Below are positions 1 to 13,302 of a stretch of 64,000 bases of DNA, piece after piece; the first letter of the stretch is position 1, and every line of letters begins with the position of its first letter. The stretch is from positions 73,346,001-73,410,000 of the forward strand of contig OZ024744.1 in assembly GCA_964016885.1 (NCBI GenBank). The letters run 5' to 3'. The notes beneath the pieces are model-generated. The model was given only the letters and a program-made list of their open reading frames with translations, had not been told where the DNA came from and made no database searches. The position numbers and the translations under genes were made by a program. The DNA comes from Eledone cirrhosa (lineage: Eukaryota).

Positions 1-151
1 CGAGCTATATCCGGTACGGACAGTTTTTCAGGGAGTGGGCTAGTGGATTAGTTAAGTGATAATTGTCTGCATGTTATTGATGGTGAAGCGGGAGAAACAC
101 AAACCTGTGCAATCCTCCAGCAGATCTATCCAAGACGACATTATCTTTAGC

Positions 152-990
152 AATACAACATAGAGTGGACTGGACTATGTGTTGTTAGCTGGGCTCTGAG
201 CATTTTAAATTAGTGTAAAGCATTTAACAGACTTCACAGATCATCGGTACTTCGAGTCAGTAATAGGCGCAACGTTCAATACAACATAGAGTGGACTGGG
301 TTATGTGTTGTTAGCAGGGCTCTAAGCATTTTAGATACGGTACTTCGAGTCAGTAATAGGCGCTACCTTCAATACAACATAGAGTGGACTGGGTTATGTG
401 TTGTTAGCAGGGCTCTAAGCATTTTAGATACGGTACTTCGAGTCAGTAATAGGCGCTACCTTCAATACAACATAGAGTGGACTGGGTTATGTGTTGTTAG
501 CAGGGCTCTAAGCATTTTAGATACGGTACTTCGAGTCAGTAATAGGCGCAACCTTCAGTATAACATAGAGTGGACTGGGTTATGTGTTGTTAGCAGGGCT
601 CTAAGCATTTTAGATACGGTACTTCGAGTCAGTAATAGGCGCTACCTTCAATACAACATAGAGTGGACTGGGTTATGTGTTGTTAGCAGGGCTCTAAGCA
701 TTTTAGATACGGTACTTCGAGTCAGTAATAGGCGCAACCTTCAGTACAACATAGAGTGGTTGGGTTATGTGTTGTTAACAGGGCTCTAAGCATTTCAGAT
801 ACGGTACTAGTCAGTAATAAGCGCTACCGAGTTCAATACTTTCAATATAAGGTAGAGTCGACTGGGCTATGTGTTGTTAGTAGGGTTTTGAGCATTTTAG
901 ATTAGTGTAAAGCATTTAACAGAGTTCACAGACCATCGGTACTTCGAGTCAGTAATAAGCACTACCGGGTTCAATACTCTCAATACAATC
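152..990. repeat. Tandem minisatellite: six 93-bp units flanked by two longer (~125-bp) units
   Basis: Unit start CA(A/G)TA(C/T)AACATAGAGTGG recurs at 277, 370, 463, 556, 649 and 742 (period 93). The units at 152 and ~843 carry an extra ATTAGTGTAAAGCATTTAACAGA segment. Confidence 0.95.
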
Positions 991-1052
991 TGGATCGATT
1001 CATCTCCAACACCGTTAACTACTACAACATGACAACAATTAGAATTACTTGC

Positions 1053-1053
<1 letters not shown>

Positions 1054-1086
<33 letters not shown>

Positions 1087-1204
1087 GTCGTCATCATCAT
1101 CATCATCATCATCATCACCATCACCATCATCGTCATCGTCATCATCATCTACATCATCATCGTCGTCGTCGTCGTCGTCATCATCATCATCATCATCATC
1201 ATCC

Positions 1205-1240
<36 letters not shown>

Positions 1241-1855
1241 ACACCCCCACCATCATCAACACGACGACGACGACCACCACCACCACCAGCATAACCACCA
1301 TCATCATCATTATCAACACCAATACAACGGTTATCATTAACACCTAAATTACCACCGCCAAGAGCAATAGCACCAATACCAACTAAAACTACCACCACCA
1401 CCACCACCACCACCACCACCACTACCTCCAACGCCACGACCACCTTCAGCAGCAGCACCACCACCACGGCCACCACTACCACCACCTCCATCAGGACCAC
1501 CACGACGATCACCACGACTATATCATCACCTGTAGCAAACCCACACCTTTAGCACCCACCACCACGACCACCATCACCATCTCCACCACCACGATCACTT
1601 TCAGCAGCAGCACCATCACCACGACCACCACTACCGCCATCACCACCACCACCACGACCACCTCGACACCATCACCTCCTCCATCACCACCACCACTACT
1701 ACCACCACCACCACCACCACCATCATCACCACAATCACCAGTGGCAATATCCACTCTCGAATTTCACCATCACAACATCCCTCCCTCCATCACAGCCGGC
1801 CACCCGCCTCCTCTACCAACCACCACCACCACCACCAACCTCAGTATTATCACCA
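1054..1855. repeat. Degenerate (CAT)n/(CAC)n trinucleotide microsatellite
   Basis: Directly visible; explains the poly-H/S/D/V ORFs. Confidence 0.95.
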
Positions 1856-2245
1856 CTAACCCAGCCCTACCCTCCTCTTCTCGACCCAAGTCTATATAAT
1901 ACTTTAATCCGTCCCTTGTGCCAAAACGCCTGCTGCTACGTCATTAAGCCTTAGACACATAAAACAAAACCACCAAAAACCAATAAATAAATGAAAATAA
2001 AAACATAAATAAATAAAATAAATAAAATAAATATAATAAATATAATAAAAAATAAATAGATAAAAATTGACAAAAAAAATATTAACAAAAAACAAAAACA
2101 AACAAAAACAAAACAAAACTAAACAAACAAAAAACAAAACAAAAAGGAAAAAGAAGAATATAAAAAAAACCCCCAAAACAAACAAAATGTGTAACTACCG
2201 ACCTGAACACATATATATAAAAAAAAAAGTGTATTCTCACCTTAC

Positions 2246-2375
<130 letters not shown>

Positions 2376-2380
2376 GTATA

Positions 2381-2444
<64 letters not shown>

Positions 2445-2485
2445 CATATATACATATATATACATATATACATATATATACATAT

Positions 2486-2534
<49 letters not shown>

Positions 2535-2563
2535 TAATTCATTTTCATAGGAATTCCTCAGGA

Positions 2564-2902
2564 TTCTAAAGAATGAAACAGTTCTAGTCCTGTAGAATCT
2601 CATCTATATTAAAAACTATATATATATATGCATATATATATGTATATATGATTATACATATATACATATATACATATACATATATACATATACATATTTA
2701 TATATATGTGTCTGTGTGAGGTATGTATATGTGTGCATGTAAAGAAATACATAAACCAAAGTATTACATGGTGCAATTGAGGTCCAGTTTGAGGAAAATT
2801 CCTTCAATACACGTGATCTTATTTAGGATCCCTCCCAGGTATGTAAAGGGGTTTTAAAATATCTCACAAAGAAAGCGAGAACAAACAATTGTGAAAATAA
2901 CA

Positions 2903-2952
<50 letters not shown>

Positions 2953-3376
2953 CATAGTTTTGTTTTGTTTTGTTATTTTCACAATTGTTTGTTCTCGCTT
3001 TCTTTGTGAGATATTTTAAAACCCTTTACATACCTGGGAGGGATCCTAAATAAGATCACGTGTATTGAAGGAATTTTCCTCAAACTGGACCTCAATTGCA
3101 CCATGTAATACTTTGGTTTATGTATTTCTTTACATGCACACATATACATACCTCACACAGACACATATATATAAATATGTATATGTATATATGTATATGT
3201 ATATATGTATATATGTATAATCATATATACATATATATATGCATATATATATATAGTTTTAATATAGATGAGATTCTACAGGACTAGAACTGTTTCATTC
3301 TTTAGAAATCATCAGGAATCTCTTTCTAAAGAATGAAACAGTTCTAGTCCTGTAGAATCTCATCTATATTAAAACT
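2564..3376. mobile_element. Inverted-repeat module of a hammerhead-bearing non-coding repeat (putative PLE pseudo-LTR) among (TA)n tracts
   Basis: 2564-2905 is the reverse complement of ~2960-3308, around a central (TA)n. A third, truncated + copy at 3323-3376 abuts the - copy head-to-head. Confidence 0.8.
3270..3322 (-). ncRNA. Minimal type I hammerhead ribozyme
   Basis: GAGAUUC-CUGAUGA-UUUCUAAAGAAU-GAAACAG-UUCUAGUC-CUGUA-GAAUCUC: 7-bp stem I, intact core, GUA cleavage triplet. Confidence 0.88.
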
Positions 3377-3442
3377 TTTATACTCAGCTATGTATTGAGT
3401 ACCTTACTTACTGTGGTTACCTCCGATTCAACCCGGAATAAC

Positions 3443-3558
<116 letters not shown>

Positions 3559-3648
3559 GCTCACACACACACACACACACATACATATATATATATATTA
3601 TTTAAAATATTAACAAATGAAGATATTCACATAATCAAAACATATACT

Positions 3649-3709
3649 TTATTATATATATTTCGAAGGTACTGTGTTGTTTTTTTCTCCAGTAGTCCTC
3701 GTCAGATAA
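3649..3709 (-). ncRNA. Minimal type I hammerhead ribozyme
   Basis: UUAU-CUGACGA-GGACUACUG...CAGUACCUUC-GAAAUAUAUAUA-AUAA: 4-bp stem I, palindromic stem III. Confidence 0.7.
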
Positions 3710-3789
3710 GATATATGATTTGATATATGACATACCTCTACGGTCTTGATATTTCAATTCCAGTATTGGCATCTATATCTATCTATATA

Positions 3790-3875
3790 TCTATGTATAA
3801 ATGTATATATAATTATATATTTATATATATATATATGTGTTTATACGTGTATATATGTTTAGATATTTATACATA

Positions 3876-3918
<43 letters not shown>

Positions 3919-3968
3919 ATAGATATATATATAGATATATATATAGATATATATATAGATATATATAT

Positions 3969-4021
<53 letters not shown>

Positions 4022-4150
4022 TATATATATATTATATATCTATATATATATAGATAGATATATGTATAAATATCTAAACATATATACATGTATAAACACA
4101 CACACATATATATATATATATAAATATATAAATATATATACATTTATACA
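3790..4150. repeat. Low-complexity inverted repeat around (TAGATA)n/(TA)n
   Basis: TGTGTTTATACGTGTATATATGTTTAGATATTTATACATATATCTATC is mirrored by GATAGATATATGTATAAATATCTAAACATATATACATGTATAAACACA. Confidence 0.7.
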
Positions 4151-4158
4151 CACTCACA

Positions 4159-4242
<84 letters not shown>

Positions 4243-4504
4243 TTATGGATAAATATATAAAAATATATACATTTATACACTCGCCCACTTTTATATATAT
4301 GTGTGTGTATGGGTATGTGTGAGCATTTGGTTATTTTTCGTACCTCACACAGGCACAAATATATATGTAAGAATATATAAATATATATACATATTTACAC
4401 ACACACTCACACATATTTATTAATATATATATATATATTCGTACACCACCTTCTTCTTCTCACCCGTCTATTTTTCACTCCCACCCTAGTACCTTCAATA
4501 TGCC

Positions 4505-4709
4505 CAATCTAAGACATTTATTCTAATTCCATCCCGCCCGTCCCCTCAATCTATTTTATTTCTCATTCTGACTTCTGATGATGGACTAGCGTCCGAAACG
4601 TTAAGACCCTCTTCCTGCTATATCAAGCGTTAACCTAATATATACCTTCCATATACTGTACCGATTGTGTTGTTATTTCTGTGTTGTTACTTCTGTTTAC
4701 CTTTTACAT

Positions 4710-4712
<3 letters not shown>
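4505..4712 (+). mobile_element. Dispersed hammerhead-bearing repeat (other copies ~34535-34722 and ~59000-59167)
   Basis: The block AATTCCATCCC.CCCGTCCCCTCAATCTAT...GTCCGAAACGTTAAG...CTGTACCGATTGTGTTGTTATTT is shared with the 34.5-kb copy. All three copies end in (TA)n. Confidence 0.8.
4572..4605 (+). ncRNA. Minimal hammerhead ribozyme with loopless palindromic stem III
   Basis: CUU-CUGAUGA-U-GGAC-UAGC-GUCC-GAAACGUU-AAG. The copy at 34598-34631 has a C3U core; the copy at ~59043-59075 is decayed. Confidence 0.7.
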
Positions 4713-4756
<44 letters not shown>

Positions 4757-5088
4757 ATATTAACAAATGGAAACTATATTTATAAAACTATATTTATTTC
4801 ATTATACATATTTCAAGGGCCACCAAGGCAGATTATGGTGCCGAACAAATTAAATATAACCTCTACATATATATATATATATATATATATTTACTTTTCT
4901 TATAAATATATATATATTTCCTTTCCTTCTTCCTTTTCTAGCCTCACTTTCATATAGATTATATTTTTGTTTTTAAAATCCACTGTCAATAAATACACCA
5001 GGAATTTTTCATTCTATTGACTGAAAGCAAATTTTGTTTGCTTTCAAGAAACCACTGGTAAATGAAATAATTATCTTATGTTGCTTAT

Positions 5089-5143
<55 letters not shown>

Positions 5144-5469
5144 TATATATATTTCGGTATCTCATTATTGTCATAAAATTCTCTAAAAGGCTACAAAATA
5201 AGTTCCCAAATACGGGCGCGAAATCTAATGAACTTGTTCACGTGACAGCCATAATTTCATTTATAACCAATCAAATTACATTTTAAAAAAAAAAGCCTTC
5301 GTGAGCCCCTTTTTTTAAGTAAAAAGATATTCAAACACTCATATATGAAAAAACAACCTGATCTCTCCCCCTTGTTTGAAGAACTTTGTAACGCGAACTG
5401 GCGCGAAATTTATTATACTTATTGACTAACCAATCAAATTACTTCTCTAAAAACCTGGCGTTTCGAGCC

Positions 5470-5722
5470 ACTTTTTTCCATATAAAACAAATAACATTCA
5501 AAGACAAACCAGATGTGAGAAAAACCACAGACCCCCATTTCAACTCTACTTTTGACAAGCAGAAGAACTGCGAAACCGGTAAAGGAACCAAATAAATATC
5601 TATATTTAAAAAAAAATAAGACTCCAGTTGCATTTTCGATTTCATCTTTTTTTCTTTATACTTTCACTCGTGTAGGACACCTCGTTTTTTTTCATTTTGT
5701 AAAAAACCTCACTTTCTAATAT
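5470..5722 (+). repeat. Unclassified dispersed repeat; inverted copy at ~50750-50970
   Basis: GATGTGAGAAAAACCACAGACCC...AAAAAACCTCACTTTCTAAT matches the reverse complement at 50.8 kb. Confidence 0.8.
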
Positions 5723-6627
5723 ATATATATATATAATATTAAGGATACTATTTATGGTTATGTATATACTAAAACTTTTTATAGTTATGTATATTTTAAA
5801 CCCTAAACAGTGAAGTTCAGTAATTTATTACTACCTTATTACCAGTAAGATAAATAGCTCAATGTAATAACATCAGTTGTTCTACAGAGCAGTTATATAG
5901 AATTCACAAGAATCAAAGCTATGTTCAAAGCATTTATTCACTTACAATTGTTTCATCCAAACCTAGGCTTGGAGTCTTCGGACCATTTTTCAATGATTGT
6001 ACATATAATTGACCTCCTTTCCAACGCAAGAGACATACAGATACATATATATATATTGATGTACAGAGGAGTAACATATATTATACTATGTTATTTCTGT
6101 ATAGCAATTCAAATTCAAAATCAAAATCAAAATTAAAATTAAAACAAAATTAAAACAAAATTAAAATACATGCGGCAGTTAACACAGATAATGCAAGTTT
6201 GTTAGTCAGATGTAGTAGTTAGTGTATGCGTTAGTTACACGTGCGGCATGCAAGTGTGTCTCATTTATATTTGATTATTGTGTGGCAGGGTATTACATGT
6301 AATACAAGCACTTTAAGCGGGTAAGTAAGAGTATTATGGTGGTTGTAGTGGTAAGGTATTTTTTGTATATAATAAAAAAGTATGTGTGCAGAAAAATAAA
6401 AATAAAAAGGAGAAGCAAAATAAAGTTATGGTTTTTGTATCTACCACCATTTTCACATTCAGGAAAAGTAATAATAGATTTTACATCCATCACATAAGTA
6501 ACGATGATTCCGTATTGGATGTTTGATGCATTAAATTAAATTATTTTAGCTTATTGCGGCTCAGTGTTATTTAATCCAAATTTATAGAATAGGTTGATTC
6601 TGCTGCGAGAATTTACAGCGGAAGTAT

Positions 6628-7826
6628 CTGTATGTATGTATGTATGTATGTATGTATGTATGTATGTATGTATGTATGTATGTATGTATGTATGTATGTA
6701 TGTGTGTATGTATGTGTGTATGTATGTGCGTGTGTGTATGTGTGTATGTGTGTATGTATTTATGCATGTGTGTATGTATGTATGTGTGTATGTGTCTATG
6801 TATATGTGTCTGTGTGTGTATGTGTGTATGTGTATGTATGTGTGTATGTATGCCTGTATGTATGTGTGTGTGTGTATGTGTGTATGTGTGTGTATGTGTG
6901 TATGTATGCCTGTATGTATGTGTGTGTGTGTATGTGTGTATGTGTGTGTATGTGTGTATGTATGTGTGTATGTATGTGTGTATGTGTGTGTATGTATGTG
7001 TGTATATTTGTGTGTGTGTTTGTGTGTGTGTATGTGTGTGTGTATGTATGTATGTATGTATGTATGTATGTATGTGTGTATGTATGTGTGTATGTATGTG
7101 CGTGTGTGTATGTGTGTATGTGTGTATGTATTTATGCATGTGTGTATGTATGTGTGTATGTGTGTATGTATATGTGTCTGTGTGTGTATGTGTGTATGTG
7201 TATGTATGTGTGTATGTATGCCTGTATGTATGTGTGTGTGTATGTGTGTATGTGTGTGTATGTATGTGTGTATGTATGTGTGTATGTGTGTGTATGTATG
7301 TGTGTATATTTGTGTGTGTGTTTGTGTGTGTGTATGTGTGTGTGTATGTATGTATGTATGCATGTGTGTATGTATGTGTGTATGTATGTGCGTGTGTGTA
7401 TGTGTGTATGTGTGTATGTATTTATGCATGTGTGTATGTATGTGTGTATGTGTGTATGTATATGTGTCTGTGTGTGTATGTGTGTATGTGTATGTATGTG
7501 TGTATGTATGCCTGTATGTATGTGTGTGTGTATGTGTGTATGTGTGTGTATGCGTGTATGTATGTGTGTATGTATGTGTGTATGTTTGTGTGTGTGTTTG
7601 TGTGTGTGGATGTGTGTGTGGATGTGTGTGTGGATGTGTGTATGTATGTGTGGATGTTTGTGTGTGTGGATGTGTGTGTGGATGTGTGTGTGGATGTGTG
7701 TGTGGATGTGTGTATGTATGTGTCTATGTTTGTGTGTGTGGATGTGTGTATCTATGTGTGTATGTTTGTGTGTGTATGTATGTGCGCGCGTGTGTGTGTG
7801 TGGGTGTGTGTATATGTATGTATGTA
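6628..7826. repeat. Compound (TATG)n/(TG)n microsatellite with internal block duplications
   Basis: Directly visible; the variant block ...TTTATGCATGTG...GCCTGTATG occurs three times. Confidence 0.95.
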
Positions 7827-7827
7827 A

Positions 7828-7991
7828 GTGGGCTCAGCACTATGTGTCAATAATTGTCACAAGTGTTTGTACCAGAGTTTTCAAGTCGCTGGCTAGACTA
7901 AAAAGTCACACTCGTTCAGCGCATCGCTAGGGGTTCTCCTACACGGATATAAAGTAGTGGCCTTACTCGAAAACGAGGTGGCAGCCACCAT
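7828..7991 (-). mobile_element. Short non-coding element embedded in (TATG)n; second copy at 38123-38283
   Basis: A ~130-bp near-identical block (AGTGTTTGTACCAGAG...CTCGAAAACGAG.TGGCAGCCAC) is present at both loci, each flanked by TATG repeats. Strand is inferred from the (ATAC)n tail. Confidence 0.7.
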
Positions 7992-8334
7992 GTGTGTATG
8001 TATGTATGTGTATATGTGTGTGTGGATGTGTGTGTGGATGTGTGTATGCGTCCGTATATATGTGTGTATTATCCGATTATTTTTCAATTTCAGTTGTTAA
8101 TGTTTGTTTTGTGTGATTTTATGTATTTTAACTTGGAGGGGGGGGGGGGGCTTTTTTCCTGTCTGGTCCGGTATTCTCCAATGTTAACCTGACCAGAAAC
8201 TATGGATAAAAATAGAAGGAAAAACAGGTGCATGCGTTTTTATTGTCAACATGACCCTCCCAAAGTATAACAATATATATATAAAATAAAATAAAATAAA
8301 TAAGTCAAATGTTTAAAATTTGGCTTCGTTTATT

Positions 8335-8389
8335 ACTGCTATATATATTTCGGTGACAGCCATCTTTGGCCGTGACCTCTTCAGGCAGT
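8335..8389 (-). ncRNA. Type I hammerhead ribozyme
   Basis: ACUGC-CUGAAGA-GGUCACGGCCA-AAGA-UGGCUGUCACC-GAAAUAUAUAUA-GCAGU: 5-bp stem I, long stem II with one C.C mismatch. Confidence 0.85.
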
Positions 8390-8766
8390 CCGAATTGGTG
8401 TAGTAGAGACGAGTACACATGTTGTTGAGGTGTATAACTTTGTCAATACTCTGATATGCCCAGTTCCTGGTTGGGTTGTTGTTTCACTGAGGAACTGGAA
8501 TCATATGAATTTAAACAAACGAATTTCAGCGTCAAAGGACATCTTCTCCGCTCATTGGTCAGTTGTGAGAACATTCCTCAGTCAAAAGTCTATAGAAATT
8601 CGTTCTGAGGCAAGCCAATCTGTAGTCGTTGTTCTTGTTATTGTTAAGTACATCTGACCTGTACTCTTATGTTGGTAGTGGTGTTGTTGTTGGAGTCAAC
8701 TAAAAAAATGATAAAGTGGTAGAAGGAATAAGATGGTAAAGGATCAAAATAAAATGAAATGAAATA

Positions 8767-8809
<43 letters not shown>

Positions 8810-8968
8810 CTGGAAATTGGTGTTGCATCGTCAAGAGTTTGGCTGTCGCACCACGACTTTTATAGTATAACCGTACTCTACTGCCCAAAGTATAGAGTAC
8901 TCTGTTGAGTAATGGTCTAACCAGTTTCAAACCGCCGATTCCTTCCATCCTTATAGACGGGTGGTCTA

Positions 8969-9005
<37 letters not shown>

Positions 9006-9006
<1 letters not shown>

Positions 9007-9197
9007 TAGACCACCCGTGACCCGTTGAGTTACGCTCGCTTAAACAAATTTTTAAATAATTGAAATATACACAGACATGAATATAATGTAAAATGAAGTT
9101 GGAAGGCCCATATATATATATATACGCGTATATATATATATATTTTTTTGTTAGTGTGTGTGTGTTTATGTGGGTGTCTGTGACCTATATACACAGT

Positions 9198-9264
<67 letters not shown>

Positions 9265-9655
9265 TTAGAAACCCTTCCTGTTTAGAGGAAATATTCGCTA
9301 GACAGATAGATACAGTAATGCTGTATTCGATCCTTTGAAGTCACTTGTTATACTTTTATTCAACGATACCATCATCTCTGTCTCTCTCTCTTCCGTTTTC
9401 CTTTTCTGTCTCCTTCTCTCACAACTACTATCTCTTTCTCTCTCTATTTATGAAGGCACCCAAAAAACCCTGTATCTCAGGAACCCGTGCTCCGATTTAC
9501 GCGAAATTATTTTATTCCATTTGTATCCCCATTTCAGGGGCAACTTCCTTTCAAAATATTTTCCCATTATGCGCCGTTTTGGCTGTGTGAAATTACACAC
9601 AATCACACAATCACACAATCACACAATCACAGAGTTTTAGTAGTTTATAGATAGA
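9006..9655 (-). mobile_element. Putative non-autonomous Helitron
   Basis: Minus strand begins TCTATCTAT..., has a subterminal (GATTGTGT)n and ends CTAG; inserted at A|T. The 3' hairpin is weak. Confidence 0.55.
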
Positions 9656-10044
9656 TATATATGCCAGTATGGGCAAGCTGTGGCCCATTTGTCTTCCTTA
9701 ATGTCACGCTTAATTTCAAAATTGCCTTAATTTCTTCTGTATGCTGAGCCACATAATATGCGACCCACTGCTCGAAAAAGTTTGCCCTTGTCTTACATAT
9801 ATCCACACACTATCGAGTCGTTGGCATCCTTGAAAACTGTAGAGAGTGTTGCAATCCCAAACGCAGAAAACAACTGCAACTATAATTGACCGCTTTAATG
9901 CATGGATTTATAGACGTGTATGTATGTATGTATGTATGTATGTATGTATGTATGTATGTATGTATGTATGTATGTATGTATGTATGTATGTATGTATATA
10001 TGTATGTATGTGTATGTGTGTAGTTATGTATGTGTGTGTGTGTA

Positions 10045-10748
10045 ATTTTGAGTACATTTTTGACCGGCCACCTTCCTGGTGGCAAGGTTGTAAAAGAAAA
10101 GAAATTGTCATCCCTTAAATCGCAAGAATGTTTTGCAAATTTTGAAGGTGTCTGCTATCGCAGCCATTTGTAGTCTATGTATTAGGGAGCTGCGTTCTTT
10201 GTTCACAAATCGAAGCGGCTTGGTATATAACCTGTAACTCCACTAATGATGGGTATGAAGCTGAAGGTGTATCTTGGATACTGGATTTGTAAACTCCTCA
10301 TCAAGTGTCCGTAGATGTCCTACTTCTCCTGTATTTTTCTGACAAAGTTTACCACAAGTGGGCAGCTGATCTCTACAACAGAACACGTTTTCAATGTGTG
10401 GTCTCAAACAACAATATCAGGCCAGTTGTGCTTTAATCTCGTGGTAGTTTTTATTTTCAGGTTCCACCAGTATTCTTTAGTACCATCTATCTCAACATTT
10501 TCCACCTCATTCGTTTTTAATTTTGTTTTCCGAAGTGCGTTCCAGATGGTTCTAGCTATCCAATCGTGTCTCATGGGGAGGTAGTAGCGAGACGACATTC
10601 TTTTGCAGTTGGCAACAATGTGGCTAACATCTTCGATCTTTGTTTTACAAAGCCTACATTTATTGTCGACTGATGGCCCTCCTCTTTTGTGTAGCAGATA
10701 TTGTCGGGACTCCATGCCTGACTTCTTGAATGATTTATCACGTCTATG
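10045..10748 (-). mobile_element. 3' fragment of an R4/Dong-like RLE non-LTR retrotransposon
   Basis: ORF 10404-10715 has a CRLC-x8-H-x4-C knuckle, RHD and PDIVV, the motifs of the restriction-like endonuclease. TATG repeats flank both sides. Confidence 0.85.
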
Positions 10749-10765
10749 GTATGTGTATGTATGTG

Positions 10766-10912
10766 TGTCAGGTCACTCTTCAACGCTACTGGTAACATGT
10801 AATCCAGTATAACCTGTGCATGGTCGGGTGATTTTAGACAACCTGCGGTATGAAAAACAAAACCCGCCAAAGGGCAGAAGAACTCAGGAGAGTCAACGGC
10901 CATCCAATACAT
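10766..10912 (+). mobile_element. Short element homologous to the 5' UTR of the RTE LINE at 25.0-25.2 kb
   Basis: TGTCAGGTCAC...CTACTGGTAA.ATGTA..CCAGTA.AACCTGT...AAAAACAAAACC.G.CAAAGGGCA...GAGAGTCAA.GGCCATCCAA aligns to the reverse complement of 25024-25217, with an internal deletion. Confidence 0.7.
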
Positions 10913-11235
10913 TTTTTTAAATTTTTATTTTTTATTTATTTATTTTTGTGGTGCAAGAGACTCTTAGTCTTCATTAAGACCTCGTTCTTGGAGAAGGTCT
11001 CTCTGATAGAAAAGTTGAATGTGTTTTCCTTACTGCACACTTATAATTTTATTCTAAAATTAATCTTTTCACCTCTATTAATACATTTTTTTAAAGGTAT
11101 TAATTTCTTAATAAGTAGAAATTCTCCCAGTGTTTGATATTTTATTACTGAATGAAGCTTCCATAATTTTTATTTTGCCTTATTTACTCTATTAATCTCA
11201 TTCCTAAAGGGTATGAGATTAATAGAGTAAATTAA

Positions 11236-12186
11236 GAGGGTCGGACGCCATGCTTTGCAGCATAGAGTTACGGCCCTTTATGATCTGAGTTCAAATCCCG
11301 CCGAGGTTAACTTTGCTTTTTATCCTTACGGAGTCGATAAAATAAAGTACCAGTAACGCACTAGGGCTGATTTAATCAATTTTTCCTCTCTGAAATTTGT
11401 TGGCCTTGTTTTCATCCTTACGGGGTCAATAAAATAAATCACCAGTAATACACTGAGATAATTGCTGGCCTTGTGCCAAAATTAGAAACAATTATTCCTA
11501 AAATTGTTATTACTTCAATTAATAAGTATCATTAAATTTATAATCTCTAGTGGTATTTCTTTAATATTATTTTAGATAATTTAATGTTATTTTAGGTTTT
11601 GGGAATTGGCAGTATCGGTAGAGGGTCGGACGCCATGCTTTGACGCATAGAGTTACGGCCCTTGCCATTCTGAGTTCAAATCCCGCCGAGGTTAACTTTG
11701 CCTTTCATCCTTACGGGGTCGATAAAATAAAGTACCAGTAATGCACTGGGATAATTGCTGGTCTTGTGCCAAAAGTAGAAACAATTATATTTTAAGAATC
11801 AATTAAATAATTGTTTCTACTTTTGGCACAAGGCCAGCAATTATCCCAGTACATTACTGGTACTTTATTTTATCATTCCCGTAAGGATGAAAAGCAAAGT
11901 TAACCTCGCAGGATTTGGACTCAGATCATAAAGGGCCGTAACTCTATGCTACAAAGCATGGCATCCAACCCTCTACCGAGACTGACACAAGCAAATAATT
12001 GTTTCTACTTTTGGCACAAGGCCAGCAATTATCCAGTGCATTACTGGTACTTTATTTTATCGACCCCGTAAGGATGAAAGGCAAAGTTAACCTCGGCGGG
12101 ATTTGAACTCAAACCATAAAGGGGCGTAACTCTTTGCTGCAAAGCATGGCGTCAGACCCTCTACCGATACTGCCAATCCACCGCCC
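11236..12186. mobile_element. Cluster of four tRNA-derived SINE copies (two +, two -), family 1
   Basis: Consensus GGCGGTGGATTGGCAGTATCGGTAGAG (A-box-like)...GAGTTCAAATCCC (B-box)...TTTCATCCTTACGGGGTCGATAAAATAAAGTACCAG...GTAGAAACAATT. Copies at ~11236-11494+, 11606-11786+, 11809-11983-, 11996-12186-. Confidence 0.9.
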
Positions 12187-12372
12187 TGACACAAGCAAAT
12201 AATGTTTAGTCACTGCACGTTATATTTTATTACTGATAAATTTTAATTGCGTGTTGAGTCTTCCATAACATTTTAATGTTTTCCCATCTGTATTTTAAAT
12301 TTATTTACCCTTTCGGAATGGAGATATTCGGACATCGTTAATAAATAATTATGTTATTGATGTTCTTTAATA

Positions 12373-12446
12373 GATTCTGAGGAAATTAGTACGGTGGAAA
12401 ATGTTTTTTAAATATCTTACTGTATTGATAGAAACGTTCGAAAATC
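12373..12446 (+). ncRNA. Degenerate hammerhead candidate
   Basis: CUGAGGA-A-AUUAGUACGGUGG...UUACUGUAUUGAU-A-GAAACGUUC: 13-bp stem II with G.U pairs, but a poor stem I. Confidence 0.45.
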
Positions 12447-12783
12447 AATTAAATAATCCAGTGTAATTTAATCCTGGCTATTTTATTATTTTATTTCATT
12501 TTATATACACTCTGTGATATTGTAAAACTACTGTGATTGGAAATTAACCGATTGGATTAAATTCTGGACTGTCTTTTACCTATCTGTCTGTGGACTATAA
12601 AATCCCATTTGAGATTTGAAATATTATTTGGCTTATATGGTTGTTTTATCAACTCGTCTAAACTATATATATATATGTATACATATACGTACATACATAC
12701 ATACACACACAAATATCTATATCTATATCTATATACCTATATATCTATATCTATCTATCAATATATATATATATTTATGTATA

Positions 12784-12844
<61 letters not shown>

Positions 12845-12997
12845 TTATGTATGTATGTATATATATAAATAGAAAAGAATGAAACGAAAATTTCATTTCT
12901 CACTCTTAGTACGGCTGATATTAAATATAAGTATGTACACGTACATACACATATGTATGCAGACGTACAGTAGTATGTATATATATACATACATGCA

Positions 12998-13029
<32 letters not shown>

Positions 13030-13154
13030 CGTATGGGTTTACCGAACATTTATTATAATGTTCGGTTTGATTGTAAACGAACAGCCCGAATTAAGCCGTA
13101 CAGTGTTCGGAAACCATCGTTGCCCTTTTGTTCAACACTCACAAAGGAACGATG

Positions 13155-13203
<49 letters not shown>

Positions 13204-13240
13204 CGGAGGCCATATTCTGTTGTTTCAGGTTTGTTTAAAA

Positions 13241-13302
13241 TTCCGTTATAAATATTTCACTGAGGACTATCAATTAATATAGACTGAGTTCTTCAGACGG
13301 AA
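13241..13302 (-). ncRNA. Type I hammerhead ribozyme
   Basis: UUCCGU-CUGAAGA-ACUCAG...CUCAGU-GAAAUAUUUAUA-ACGGAA: 6-bp stem I. Confidence 0.75.

Noticed and set aside
277-835. CRISPR-like periodicity
   Set aside because: Whole units repeat with no unique spacers; there are no cas genes and the context is eukaryotic.
897-1754. Poly-His/Ser/Asp/Val ORFs
   Set aside because: They are translations of (CAT)n/(CAC)n, open in most frames, with no gene structure.
6551-7930. Long 290-430 aa Cys/Val/His/Thr-rich ORFs (and the many YIYI/HTHT ORFs elsewhere)
   Set aside because: Stop-free microsatellites, not proteins.
8957-9018. 14-bp inverted repeat ACGGGTGGTCTAGT/ACTAGACCACCCGT around (TA)n as a MITE
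   Set aside because: Too short to classify; may be a fold-back of the adjacent Helitron end.
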